A stretch of DNA of 64,000 nt, from the NCBI GenBank assembly GCA_030390025.1, contig CM059432.1, positions 116,438,001-116,502,000 of the forward strand, written 5' to 3'. The DNA is from Squalus acanthias (taxonomy: Eukaryota). Below are positions 51,719 through 64,000 of this stretch, piece after piece. The position numbers and the translations under genes were made by a program. Each line of letters starts with the position of its first letter. Position 1 is the first letter of the stretch. Under the pieces are notes generated by a model. That model worked only from the letters and a program-made list of their open reading frames with translations. It was not told where the DNA came from and made no database searches.

Positions 51719-52740
51719 ACGCAGAGCAGGACAAGCTGCTAGAAGAGGGAGGAGGAGGAGGGGGAGAAGGTCTCTCAGCAAGAGGCCATATCCACCGAGG
51801 GTCTTTAGGGAGCAATTTTCTTACCTCAGCTTCAGTGACGACCAGTGCATGAGATGTCTTCAGTTCACAAAAAAGGTTGTGAATGAAATCTGTCAACTGC
51901 TGCAGCCACAACTGCAGCCTCAAAGTAGGACAAGGACAGTATTGCCTGTGACTATCAAGGTGACCGTGGCTCTTAATTTTTATGCATCTGGCTCCTTCCA
52001 GGCTGCTGCTGGAGATATAAGCAACATCTCGCAGTTTGCAGTACACTGCTGCATAAGGGACGTCACTGAGGCTCTCAATACACAGAGAAGCAGTTTAATC
52101 TCATTCCCTCTTGCCAGAGAGAAGCAGGCGGAGCAGGTACAAGGGTTTGCACGGATTGCAGGCTTCCCCAAGTGCAGGGTGCCATTTACTGCACGCACAT
52201 TGCCTTGTGTGCGCCTCATCTAAACTCGGCCATTTTCATGAACCAAAAGGAATTCCACTCCCTCAATGTGCAGCTGATGTGCGACCACAGGCAGCACATC
52301 ATGCAGGTGAATGCCCGGTATCCTGGCAGCAGTCACAATTCCTTCATTCTGCGGCAGTCTTCTGTTTCACCTGTATTTGACCCACCACAGCAAGTCAAAG
52401 GTTGGCTACTGGGCGACAAGGGTTGTCCACTCATGACATGGCTCATGACTCCGGTCCGGAACCCACGCACACATGCACAGCAGGCCTACAATGAGAGCCA
52501 TGCTGCCACAAGGAACATTATAGAGCACACCATCGGCATCCACAAGCAACGCTTCCGCTGCCTGGACCGCTCTGGAGGAGCCCTGCAGTACTCAGCTGAG
52601 AGGGTATGAAGATTTGTAGTAATATGCTGCATGCTGCACAACCTTGCCATTATGAGGGAACAGCCCTTGCCACCACATATCAGGCGAGAAGCTGAGGAGG
52701 AGCACGAGGAAGATGAGGAAGAGTAGAAGGAAGTGAAATA
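51719..52740 (+). pseudogene. Harbinger transposase pseudogene
   Basis: GAIYCTH (catalytic D lost), GDKGCP, IEHT; frameshift near 52172. Confidence 0.88.
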
Positions 52741-52742
52741 GG

Positions 52743-53735
52743 AAGAACATAAGAAATAGGAGCATTTGGCCCCTCGAGCCTGCTCCGCCATTCGATAAGA
52801 TCATGGCTGATCTGGTCTTGGCCTCAACTCCACTTTCCTGCCTGCTCCCCATAACCCTTGACTCCCTTATTGTTCAAAAATCTGTCTATCTCCACCTTAA
52901 ATATATTCAATGATCCAGCCTCCACAGCTCTCTGGGGTAGAGAATTCCAAAGATTCACAAACCTCTGAGAAGAAATTCCTCCTCATCTCTGTTTTAAATG
53001 GGCGACCCCTTATTCTGAAACTATGCCCCCTAGTTCTAGATTCCCCCATGAGGGGAAACATCCCCTCTGCATCTACCCTGTCAAGCTCCCTCAGAATCTT
53101 ATACGTTTCAAGAAGATCACCTCTCATTCTTCTAAACTCCAATGAGTATAGGCCCACCTGCTCAACCTTTCTTCATAAGACAACCCCTTCATCTCAGGAG
53201 TTAACCTAGTAAACCTTCTCTGAACTGCCTCCAATGCAAGTATATCCCTCCTTAAATAAGGAGACCAAAACTGTACGCAGTACTCCAGGTGTGGTCTCAC
53301 CAACGCCCTGTACAGTTGTAGTAAGACTTCCCTACTTTTATACTCCATCCCCATTGCAATAAAGGCCGACATTCCATTTGCCTTCCTAATTACTTGCTGT
53401 ACCTGCATGCTAGGTTTTTTTGTGTTTCATGTACAAGGACCCTCAGATCCCTCTGTACCGCAGCATTTTGTAATCTCCCTCCATTTAAATAATAATTTGC
53501 TTTTTTATTTTTCCTACCAAAGTGGATAACTGCACATTTTCCCACATTATACTCCATCTGCCAAATTTTTGCCTACTCACTTAACCTATCTATATCCCTT
53601 TGCAGATTATTTGTGTCCTCTTCACAACTTGCTTTCCCACCTATCTTTGTATCATCAGCAAATTTGGCTACATTGCACTCAGTCCCTTCATCCAAGTCAT
53701 TAATATAGATTGTAAACAGCTGAGGCCCCAGCACT
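52743..53735 (-). mobile_element. 5'-truncated CR1 LINE
   Basis: LYRALVRPHLEYCVQFWSP, RRMRGDL and the 3' tail. Confidence 0.9.
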
Positions 53736-53739
53736 GATC

Positions 53740-54944
53740 CAAGTTGGATTCCACCATGCTCCTTGACATTGTGCGCAGGCTTTCTGTAAGGCTTTCCAGT
53801 GCACCAAGTATTTGGTTATGTACACCCATCAGCCTTCTTCTGTAGCCTGGCATATCAAAGTCCTCATCTGAGTCCTATGCAGCAGAACTAGTGTGTGACC
53901 TCGCCCTCCGGCAAGGTGGCACCTGCGCTATCCTTTCCCCCCACCCTGGCTCCTGCGCACTTGTACCTGGTGTCGCACTACTGCAGATACCTCTCTATCC
54001 TAGCTTCTAAAATATACACAGTGTCAGTCTCTGAGCTGGTGGCTGCAACTGTAAGATCAAGTGATGGTGTCTCTTCATCTTCATTATCTTTTTCCTTTTC
54101 CTCCTCTGACTGGGAAGGTTCCAGTTTTTGGGCATCTGAAATGAAAAAGTGACAAGGGTTGGGTTGTGTTGAGGGGAGAGGAGAAAGTAAGAAGTGCGTG
54201 CTTACACCATCTGCAGCTTGTGAGTCAAAAGAGATTGTGGGACGAGGAAGAAGTGGGAAAAGAGGAGGATTAGGTATGCAGATACCCTCATCATCAATCC
54301 CTCCAGTGGCTACAGCCTCAGCAATACCCCTTTCCATAATGGCCAACACTGTCATGGGGATTAAAGCATGCAGGCGCACTTGTCCTCCTCCAACTCTTTC
54401 CTGCTGCCTCCTCTTATGTGCCACCTTCTCCTGCAAGAAAGAGAGAAATGTGTCATTGAGCGTCCTGCAATATGTTAGGATGATGTGGCTGTCATGGTTG
54501 AATAGCTGCCAGTATGTGTGAGCCGTGAGTGCGAGGCTTGTAACAGTGCTAAGTGTGTGAGGGTGAGGTAAAGCATATGAATTGAAGGGTTGAGTATTGA
54601 TTGAGATTGTTGGTAGGTGGGTGATAGGTGTGTAGAGAATTGAGCAGTGGATGAGGCTGATGATGCAGTTGGTCGGATATGCCATTGGAGATGAACTCAC
54701 TCACCTTGACAACTCGTGTAAGATCATTAAACCTCTTCCTGCACTCCATCCATGTTCTTGGAGCAGCACTCCTGGTATTGACCTCTGTCACTACTTCTTC
54801 CTACTGCCTGCTGAGCATATGTCTGGAGGGCCTCCTGCCCTCCTGCATATACAGGATGTCTCTCCTTCTCTACACGTCTTGCACCAAGACATTCAGTGCA
54901 TTGTCAGGAAACCTTGTTGTTCGCTATCTAGCATGTTCAGCCAT
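53740..54944 (-). pseudogene. Family C Myb/SANT pseudogene (exon 1 54944-54705, exon 2 from 54430)
   Basis: RTWMECRKRFNDLTRVVK/gtgagt; EKVAHKRRQQERVGGG; several TAG stops. Confidence 0.8.
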
Positions 54945-56719
54945 TGCTCAAAGTATTACAGCCCAGATTCACTTTTTTTTAAATTCCCACCAGATTTTGC
55001 AGCCACAATGCTCCTCTGCCTTTAACTAGCACTAGCCACTTGCAATATCAGGCCCCCCTGCTGATGCGTGCAGCCAATGAACAGCGCGGGGAGCGTGGGC
55101 TGCACCTAGCAATCATTTAACGTATTGTCTGCAATGCAATGAATGGGCACAGGATAATTGTGTACCGCGATACCCACACCCGTTTTCAGGGGTTAGCCAA
55201 TTTAACCCCCCATCGCATCTTCCACACACCACTAATGACTGACCAAGTTATACCTCGGGACAAGGAGCAAGGAAGCCCTTGTGGGGGTGGAGAAAACACC
55301 TCAGCCACAGAAAATAAATACCAAACAAGATTTATTTAACTGCTGCTAATTCCAAACAGTAGTGTTTAGAAAAATTATGTGGATTACTCCATATGCTCCA
55401 TTAATGGACACTATTTCAGGAATATCCAGGAAGCTGTGGATGACCTATAACTGACCACGAAAATTTCCTCCAGCTAAATGGTAGGAATGCAAAATATTTG
55501 CAGGAAAGCCATGGTTCATGCGACAAGTACATTCAGACAATGCGAAACAAATAGTTGATGCGATTGACAACGTTTTGGTACAGTTCACGCAGTATACCAG
55601 AGACCTATAGGAATCTATACCATGGAACCCCATTTGTAGCACCAATTTGAAGGAAAGAGTAAAAGGGGTTCCTGACCTATAAGAAAATGGAATACTACCT
55701 TTGGTATGAAACCTGGGTGCATCCAACGTACCAGACCATTAGTATGCTAATTAGCTGATCAATGACCAGTACCTAGTCATTAACCCTATGTGCTGAAACC
55801 AGAGGCATCAAATGTGTGGTCTTTCATGACAGGTATATCAGATTACAAATGCTGAAAAAAGATTACAATAATTTGTGTAAAACTAATTGACAGTACCAGT
55901 TTGGTACCAAAGGTCATTAATCTGGATTTAATTTTTAGATTACCCACAGAGGATGTTCTTTACATGAGTTTGAGGCAAAGGGGTTCAAGAATTTCATAGT
56001 CATATAAACATGGATAGAGCTGTGTTTCAGTCATAACTTCTCCAGTATAGCAATACCAATTTCCAGGTGCCATCGATCTCCAGCAATAGCAGCTGAATCC
56101 CAGGACGGGACAATGCCAGTAGGGTTAATTGGTGCTAGTCCATCCTAAGTATTGCTGCTTGTGGTCTTCCTTAGAGCTGGATGCTTTGAAGACAATGAAG
56201 AGTTGCAGTGCCACTCAGTATCAAAAAAGTTCTGAGCGATGATGGTAAGTCTGCTTCTCATGGGTACAATGATTGATACAGTCAATGCTAGATGCTGACT
56301 TTTCAATTGAATTTATCACTGTATCTAGTTAGTGCCATATTTACTACCAATAGTAAATGGATGGCTGTGCTGGGCAGTACGGTAGCACCAATAGTTTGGG
56401 ATGAACTTGTAACAGATGGAATAGAACAGGTTAATGCTGGTTGTACCAGGTGGGACCCATTAGCAATGTTCTCTTGGATTATATCCTTTAGTCTACAGAG
56501 TCAGTCTCACTTGGAGTGTGCTGAGAAGCCGGACAATTGTTGTAACTGCTGGTATTATATTTTGTGGACAGGGAAAATCCATGGGCATCAACAATAATAA
56601 AGGCCTCTGTATATTTTGCACAATATTGAAAGCAAATGCAGATGGTGGCCCTTATCAAAAACTTCAGAGAATGGGGAAATGATGAAGAATTTGCAAATAA
56701 TTTCAACAAACAACATTTT

Positions 56720-57280
56720 GGCCCAGAATTTGCGGTCAGCAGCGAAGCAAAGGCGTTCACTGCTGGCCCCGAAGTACGCTTCGCACAAGGATCTTGCAAT
56801 CCCTGTGTCGCGAACCTTGGGTTTTCCGACCTTTAATTCAATTAAATTCGGCGGACTGTAGTGGGGATCCCCTTGTTCGAACTGCTGTGACGTCAACAGA
56901 CTGTCTAAGCAGCCAATCAAAAGGCAGAATTCTCACAGACAGCGAACAAGGAAGTGAGTAAGCTCTTAAAATTCTAACGTTTCAAAATAGTTAGAGAGCA
57001 AAAGAAAAATTGGGACTCTCACATGGGGAAAAGGCAAACCTGCAATAAAGATGGACAAACTTTAAAAAGCATAAAAAAAAAATGTTTTTGAAAAGTTTCT
57101 TAAAAATTTTAATTTTTATTAAAATAGACAAATTTCATACTGCGCAAAATTAAAATTAGTTTTCCAGGCCCTTAACATTTGCTTAGCAGTAATAACGCTG
57201 TCAAAACTCCAGTTACACCTAATCCCTTGGGTCTAACTTTTAGTGGGAGTTTAACAGCATCGTTACTGTGGAAGAGACAA
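56720..57280. mobile_element. Truncated MITE-like element
   Basis: ggcccagaatttgc terminus and an AT-rich core resembling 32290-33008; no right TIR found. Confidence 0.45.
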
Positions 57281-57281
57281 A

Positions 57282-59100
57282 GGCCGCGATTTTGCTGGCG
57301 CTCAGAAGGCGGGTTTGGAGGCGGGTCGGGAGTAAAAATCCAAATGATTGACGGCGGGTTGCTAACCCACCGCCATCCCACCTCCACGCAACTTTGCAAA
57401 GTGTCGGGTCTGCGAGTCTCGATCGGACCCGACACTAAACGGCGGGAGAGGCACTTAAGAGCTTGTTGACTGCCAGAGGAGTGGGTGGCCACTCCTTACC
57501 AGTGGTTGTTAAAGTCACCACCGTACTCAACTTCTTTGCTTCAGGGTCCTTCCAGAGATCATCAGTGGCATCTCCCAGTCAGCCGCACACACTTGCATCA
57601 CGCAGGTTACCGATGCCCTCTTTGCAAAGGCGCACAATTACATCCACTTCTCCACAGATGAAGCAAGTGTAACTGCGCGTGCGGTTGGCTTTGCAAATAT
57701 GGCAGGCTTCCCAAGGGTGCACACATGTGGCCATTGGGGCACCCCATCACAACCCAGTATTTGTCAACCGCAAGGGCTTCCACTCCTTTAACGTCCAGCT
57801 GGTATGTAACCACAGGAAGAACATTATGCATGTTTGCACCAAGTTCCCTGGCAGTTGCCATGACTCCTTCATCCTGCGGCAGTCTACTGTGCCTCAGCTC
57901 TTCAATCCGCCAACCCAACTTTCCGGATGGCTACTTGGATACGAGGGCTAACCCCTGAAAAAGTGGCTAATGACACCGATGAGGAGGTCATCAAACGAAG
58001 CTGAGGAGCAGTACAATGTGAGCCACATTTCCACCAGAAGCATCAGAGAGCAAACCATCAGCTTGCTCAAAATGCGATTCAGATGCCTCGACAGATTTGG
58101 TGGAGCCCTAGCCAGTACGCACCAGCCAGGGTCTCCAGAATCATCATGGTCTGCTGTACCCTGCACAACATCACAGCAGCGTGGCTTAGCGTTGCCTGAG
58201 GAACAAGTGGCTCAGCGCACAGCCTCCTCAGAAGAGGAGGAGGCGGCAGATGAGGGACGCCTTGCAGGGGTGGATGTGAAAATTCCACCAGCATGCGAGC
58301 ACATTGCTGGCCGTGAGGCAAGGGATGCACTCATCCATGCCAGATTCGCGTAATTTGACTCATCAACCACATATGGTTGGCACATGGAAATGAATGTCTG
58401 GCCGACCTTCTTAACACACCATACAGCATCTGTACAATAAACTGTAGTTTTTCTATCACTCTTACCACCATCATTACAGATGAAAGGTGCCCTGATGCGC
58501 CTCCGTACAACTTCTGAGCACTCATAGGCCAACTCTTTGAATGTTTGCCATCACTTTTCTTTAATACATTTATAATGATGGTGACAAACGTTTATATCAG
58601 ATGAAAACACCCAAGTGACTACTCTTGTGACTATTTGTGTGTTAACTTTATACGTGGTTCTACGTGGTTTTTCCCCTGTGGCTTCAGCAGATGTAGAGGT
58701 ACTTTGCTCAAATTCTATGCTGCGCCTGCTTTGACGCCTTTGGCGGGCGTCCTCTGGATTTGGGAGCCTGGGAGGGCTCCGCAACAGTCTGCTCCTCCTG
58801 CGGCTGTGCAGGGGTTGAGATGGCCATCTCAGTTGGGTGAGGAATCTGGGGCTCTGACCGAGGGCTCCGCTGTGGCATGCTAGTGTGAGCGCTTGGAGAG
58901 GAGCCCACAGTTCCTTGTTGTCGGCCACCAACATCCCTCTCATGGGTCACCCGCATTTCACTGCTAGCAAGTGGCTGGAGAGCACCTTGCTGCACATCAG
59001 TGGGGCCATGAGGACCCTTCTCTGTACTGACAGATCTCATAACAGGGACGTCCATGTACCTCTGGTTCCTCTCCTCAATAGATGCCCATTGTAACACTGT
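57282..59100. mobile_element. Truncated family B Harbinger (transposase relic +, Myb C-terminal relic -)
   Basis: TIR ggccgcgattttgc; [32 protein letters not shown]. 58600-59100 is homologous to 11670-12140. Confidence 0.8.
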
Positions 59101-59294
59101 CATGGTAAACTTGACTGAATCTCCATTTGACTGAATCTAAAAGTGACCAAATGTACCGACAAGCTTTGAGGGCAACAGACTGCTTGGCTAAAAACATTTG
59201 CAAAACATGTAATGTGCTGGTACTTTTCCTGCAGAAGATAAGATCTTGAAAATTCTGTGAGAACCTCAACAACCCTGCAGATGTGATAAACAAT

Positions 59295-61959
59295 GGCCGC
59301 GATTTTGCATTCGGTGTCGGGATGGGTGCGGGTCAGCTGGTTTCAGGGTTCCGGTCCCGCCCCCAGCTGCCTCCGCTCCACAGACGTGATTTTCCCTTGA
59401 TGGACCTTGTTAAGCCTGCCCTGCGGGCTTGCCGGCCAATTAACAGGAAGAGGGTCTGATGATGTCATTTGATGATGCATCATCTGCCGGTTTCCTTAAA
59501 GGGACCATGCACAATTTTATTTTGACAGTTGATTTCTCTGTGTTTGACAGCATTGAGGTGCTGAAAAACACTGACAATCACTGAACATATATTATGGGCA
59601 AGAGGATAACCAGGGAAAGAGTAGAGCCCATTAGGGACCAAAGTGGCAATCTGTGTGTAGAGCCGGAAGATGTGGGTGAGGTTTTAAATGAATATTTTGC
59701 ATCTGTGTTCACTATGGAGAAGGACGATGTAGGCATAGAAATCAGGCAGGGGGATTGTGATATACTTGAACAAATTAGTATTGAGAGGGAGGAGGTACTA
59801 GCAGTTTTAGCGGGCTTATAAGTGGGTAAATCCCCAGGCCCAGACGAGATGTATCCCAGGCTGCTGTGTGACGCAAGGGAGGAATTTTCAGAACCTCTCT
59901 GGTCACAGGGGAGGTGCCAGAGGATTGGAGGACAGCTAACGTAGTACCATTATTCAAGAAGGGTAGTAGGGATAAACCACGGAATTACAGGCCAATGAGC
60001 CTAACATCAGTGGTAGGGAAATTATTGGAAAACATTCTGAGGGACAGAATTAGTCGCCACTTGGAGAGGCAAGGATTAATCAAGGATAGTCAGCATGGCT
60101 TTGTCAGGGGGAGATCATGTCTAACCAATTTGATTGAATTTTTCGAGGGGGTGAATAGGTGTGTGGATGAGGGTAGTGCAGTTGATGTAATCTACATGGA
60201 CTTCAGTAAGGCTTTTGACAAAGTCCCGCATGGGAGACTGGTCAAGAAGGTAAGAGCCCATGGGATCCAGGGCAATTTGGCACATTGGATCCAAAATTGG
60301 CTTAGTGGCAGGAGGCAGAGGGTGATGGTCGAAGGTTGTTTTTGTGACTGGAAGCCTGTGTCCTGTGGTGTACTGCAGGGATTGGTGCTGGGTCCTTTGC
60401 TGTTTGTAGTGTACATTAATGATTTAGATATGAATGTAGGAGATATGATCAGTAAGTTCGCAGATGACACGAAAATTGGTGGAGTGGTAAATAGCGAGCA
60501 GGGAAGCCTCAGGCTACAGGACGATATAGACGGGTTGGTCAGATGGGCAGAACAGTGGCAAATGGAATTTAACCCTGAAAAGTGTTAGGTGATGCATTTT
60601 GGGAGGACTAACAAAGCAAGGGAATACACAATGAATGGTAGGACCCTAGGAAGGACAGAGGATCAGAGGGACCTTGGTGTGCATGTACATAGATCCCTGA
60701 AGGCAGCAGGACAGGTAGATAAGGTGGTTAAAAAGGCATATGGGATACTTGCCTTCATTAGCCGAGGCATAGAATATAAGAGCAGGGAGGTTATGATGGA
60801 GCTGTACAAAACGCTAGTTAGGCCACAGTTGGAATACTGTGTGCAGTTCTGGTCGCCACATATAGGAAGGATGTGATTGCATTGGAGAGGGTGCAGAGGA
60901 GATTCACCAGGATGTTACCTGGGCTGCAGCGCTTCAGCTATGAAGAGAGACTGGACAGGCTGGGGTTGTTTTCCTTAGAGCAGAGAAGGCTGAGGGGGGA
61001 CCTGATTGAGGTGTACAAAATTATGAGGGGCATAGATAAGGTAGATAGAAAGGAACTTTTCCCCTTAGTAGAGGGGTCAATAACTAGGGGGCATAGTTTC
61101 AAGGTAAGGGGCAGGAGGATTAGAGGGGATTTGAGGAAAAACTTTTTCACCCAGAGGGTGGTTGGAATCTGGAACTCACTGCCTGAAAGGGTGGTAGAGG
61201 CAGGAACCCTCACAACATTCAAGAAGCATTTAGATGAGCACTTGAAACGCCATAGCATACAGAGCTACGGACCAAGTGCTGGAAAATGGGATTAGAATAG
61301 ATAGGGCTTGATGGCCGGCGCAGACACAATGGGCCGAAGGGCCTCTTTCTGTGCTGTATAACTCTATGGCTCTATGACAAAGGTGAACTCTTGCACCCAG
61401 GCTCTCCAATGACTCCCTCCATATGCTGGAATAGATGGCAGCTGCAGCTGAGTTGACAGAAGCTATCTGTCACTGGTGAGAGAGGTTCTCCCACTGAGGT
61501 GGCACTGGACATATAGTTGGATTTAAAAACTTGTAAGCTAAAGAAATCTGTATATGTTTCAAAAATGCAGTAACCAACATTTTCATTGCTCTGAAACTCA
61601 CCATGTGCAACATTGCATCCTTCACACCACTTCTGCAGCTGTCATCTTTTCACAAACATTACACCAGACTCACAACACGCCACACTTATCTGGCGTGGTG
61701 TCCGGACATCGTGAAACCCGACCCAGAAGCGGGAAAATCGAAAAACAGGCTGAAGACTTCTGACAAGTACCTGTTAATAGGCAGGTAATTGCCTTTAATC
61801 CGTTTCCCGCCGCTAGGTGTCGGGTCCATTCGCAAATCGGGGACCCGACACTTGGGAAGGCTGTTTGGAGGCGGGTTGATGGCGGGTTTGGGCCCCGCCG
61901 TCAATCAATAGGACTTTAACCTCTGACCCACCTCTCTGAGCGCCGGCAAAATCGCGGCC
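59295..61959. mobile_element. Harbinger non-autonomous element carrying a CR1 insertion
   Basis: Perfect 14-bp TIR ggccgcgattttgc, TSD AAT. Confidence 0.88.
59594..61377 (+). mobile_element. 5'-truncated CR1 LINE (RT to 3' tail)
   Basis: NYRP.SLTS, QHGF, DFSKAFDKV, FADD; (ctctatg)2 tail; stops and frameshifts. Confidence 0.93.
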
Positions 61960-62396
61960 AATGACTCTCTCCAGTCCTTGGAGTCTGGCCTTGGTGAACC
62001 AATGCGTCAAAACAGATAGAGAGAGGGAGCGGAAAACAACATTACCCACAGTTTGGGACATGAATGCTGTGGGCTAGTTGCCAAGTTTTGGGCACTGACA
62101 TTCGATGCTATAGTCAATGGCGACCTGGTCAGTTGCCAGTTAAAGTTAGTTATACATCTATCATCAATGAATTAACCTCTCATCTGGTGAATAGTAACGG
62201 ATGTGGTTTTGCTTATAATCACCTGAACTTAAAGTAAATGATTTTAGATGCTTGCTTGTAATAAGTACATGAATTGAGTAGTTTGTATTCTGCTAATTAC
62301 TTGTAACCTCTTGCTGATTTTTAAGTAAGTTTCGCAGATTCATTGGGTTTTGTGTTGTCTGTTCCACGAGTCTGAACTCTATAAACTGTCAGACAA

Positions 62397-63812
62397 TCAG
62401 AGCATCTTGCACCATCTATCCTCCATATCAGACCATCTATTTAGAAGAGTCACCATGCTCATTTGAGTCTGGCGATTTATGTCCTCCACGGAGGTTGCCA
62501 TCCTTTCCATGGCAGCACCTACATTCGCCACTGAGTGCACCACCGCATTGTTCATGTTTGAGATGGACTCCTCCATTCCCTGCACACTCGCAGTTACCGT
62601 GGATGCAAACCCTGTCAGAGATTCCTGCACATGTTCCTGAAGTTCCAGCACCGCTCTCTTTCTGGATGACCCCAGATGCACAGCGTCTACACGCAGCAGA
62701 GCAGAGTTAGGAGCATCCTGCGACCTCCGACGAGGATTCTTCAGTGCTGTCGTTGTCTCCACCATCTCCTGATGCTCACTTGTGAGCTGTGATACACCAG
62801 GTGACAACACTACTCTATGTCGTGAAGGACCCACCGAGGTGTGCGTTTCTGCGCTGGAGCTGGGTGTGCTGATTTCTGGTGACGCTGCAGGATCCTCTGA
62901 GGAGTTGTCCGGCTCTTCCTCCTGGACAGTGGGGAGGGGGGCTCTCGATGGTCCTGTGGGGGAGTAAAGGCATGAGTTAGACATGTGATATTTAGGTAGC
63001 AGAAACATCCTATTGTGCAGATGATCAGAACTCAATCTGTATGAACATCAGATGCCATATCAGTCACTCATGAAATCTAAATGAGAGGGTTGCAAATCTA
63101 TTCTGTCACCAGCTTGCTCTACAGCGCCCGTCTGACTGTCCCCCATTTCTAGCTCCTCTGCACCTCCGACAATGTCGAGAACAGCCTCCTCAGCGTTTGT
63201 TAAAGTTGCGAGGGATGGTGGGCCTCCTCCTGTCCTCGCTCTCTCCCTCTTATTGTGGGCTCTCTTTTCCTGCAATGAGGGACACAAGTGGAGTTTCAGC
63301 AAGATTGATGGAGTGAGTGTAAAGATTCCATAATTTAGAAGCTTAGAGGGAGACAAAGATGGAGTGAGGTGCCAAAACCAAGGTGCCTCCCTGTGCGTTG
63401 TTTGTTGTTGTCATTGCGAGTGTAAGGGGTGCATAGTAGGATGGTGAAGTGATTCTGTACAGAGAGAGAGAGGGATAGGTAAGGGTGCAAGGGAAGTAAG
63501 GGTAAGTTGGGATGTGGAGGAGTAGGTTGACAATGCAGAGTGCTGGTGATGAGAACAGATGGGAAGCGGATTGAAGGTAAGTGTGATGTGATACTCACTT
63601 TTGATGAGCGTAGCAGATCATTGTACCTTTTTCGGCACTGCACCCAGATGTGTGAGCACAATGACCAGCCAGACTGCCTTTGCCTGCTGAGGAGGCTTCC
63701 TCCGGCCATCGAGAGGGAACAGAACGTCCCTGCGCCCTCTTACTCCCTCCACAAGAGAATGGAGGGAGTCATCATCAAATCTAGGAGCAGCCTTCAATCT
63801 TGCAGCAGTCAT
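62397..63812 (-). pseudogene. Family B Myb/SANT pseudogene (exons 63812-63599, 63269-63110, 62953 to about 62397)
   Basis: KAAPRFDDDSL...CRKRYNDL; EKRAHNKRERARTGGGPP; deletion in exon 1 and 3' truncation. Confidence 0.82.
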
Positions 63813-64000
63813 TTTCAGAAGACCTGTTTTCAGGAGCAGCATAAACCAAATGAAATGCAAAGGCTACATGGGCCCCTTAAAACCTCCTGAATGGAAGACG
63901 TCAGCAGAGGCAAGCAGCACACCCGAACCCACTGATTGGGCCGGGTAGCGCACACGGCGGGCTTAATAAACCCAATTAAATTAAAATCGTGATTTCGGAG

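Larger units (their letters stand above)
51183..55210. mobile_element. Decayed family C Harbinger (transposase +, Myb -) with CR1 insertion
   Basis: Ends ggactaaattgg/ccaatttaaccccc; convergent relic genes. Confidence 0.85.

Noticed and set aside
56368..56392. tggtgctaccgtactgcccagc resembling the expected upstream WCYVLPS exon end
   Set aside because: It needs a frameshift and lacks a GT donor; probably coincidental.

Overview
Eukaryotic, repeat-dense vertebrate DNA, most likely from a cartilaginous fish (inferred from HE1/V-SINE-like and Deu-domain SINEs, abundant CR1/L2 LINEs and Penelope termini). No prokaryotic operons or CRISPR arrays. One host gene is visible: the 3' seven coding exons of a C18orf63 (DUF4708)-like gene on the minus strand (50234 to 34688). 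It has a U12-type minor intron and a C-terminal SAP/HeH-like helical motif. The rest is dominated by PIF/Harbinger DNA transposons of at least three families. One copy (14698-18859) looks fully intact, with a 12-bp TIR, ATT TSD, an uninterrupted DDE transposase and a spliced three-exon Myb/SANT partner gene. The others are decayed copies, deletion derivatives and MITEs. Also present: a Tx1-type non-LTR element split by a SINE; a CsRn1-like Gypsy element (241-bp LTRs, tRNA-Trp PBS, CTGC TSD) with a Harbinger MITE in one LTR; Penelope fragments whose terminal repeats carry minimal hammerhead-ribozyme motifs; and a G-rich minisatellite. All calls come from reading the sequence by eye and from recalled family motifs; no database searches were run.
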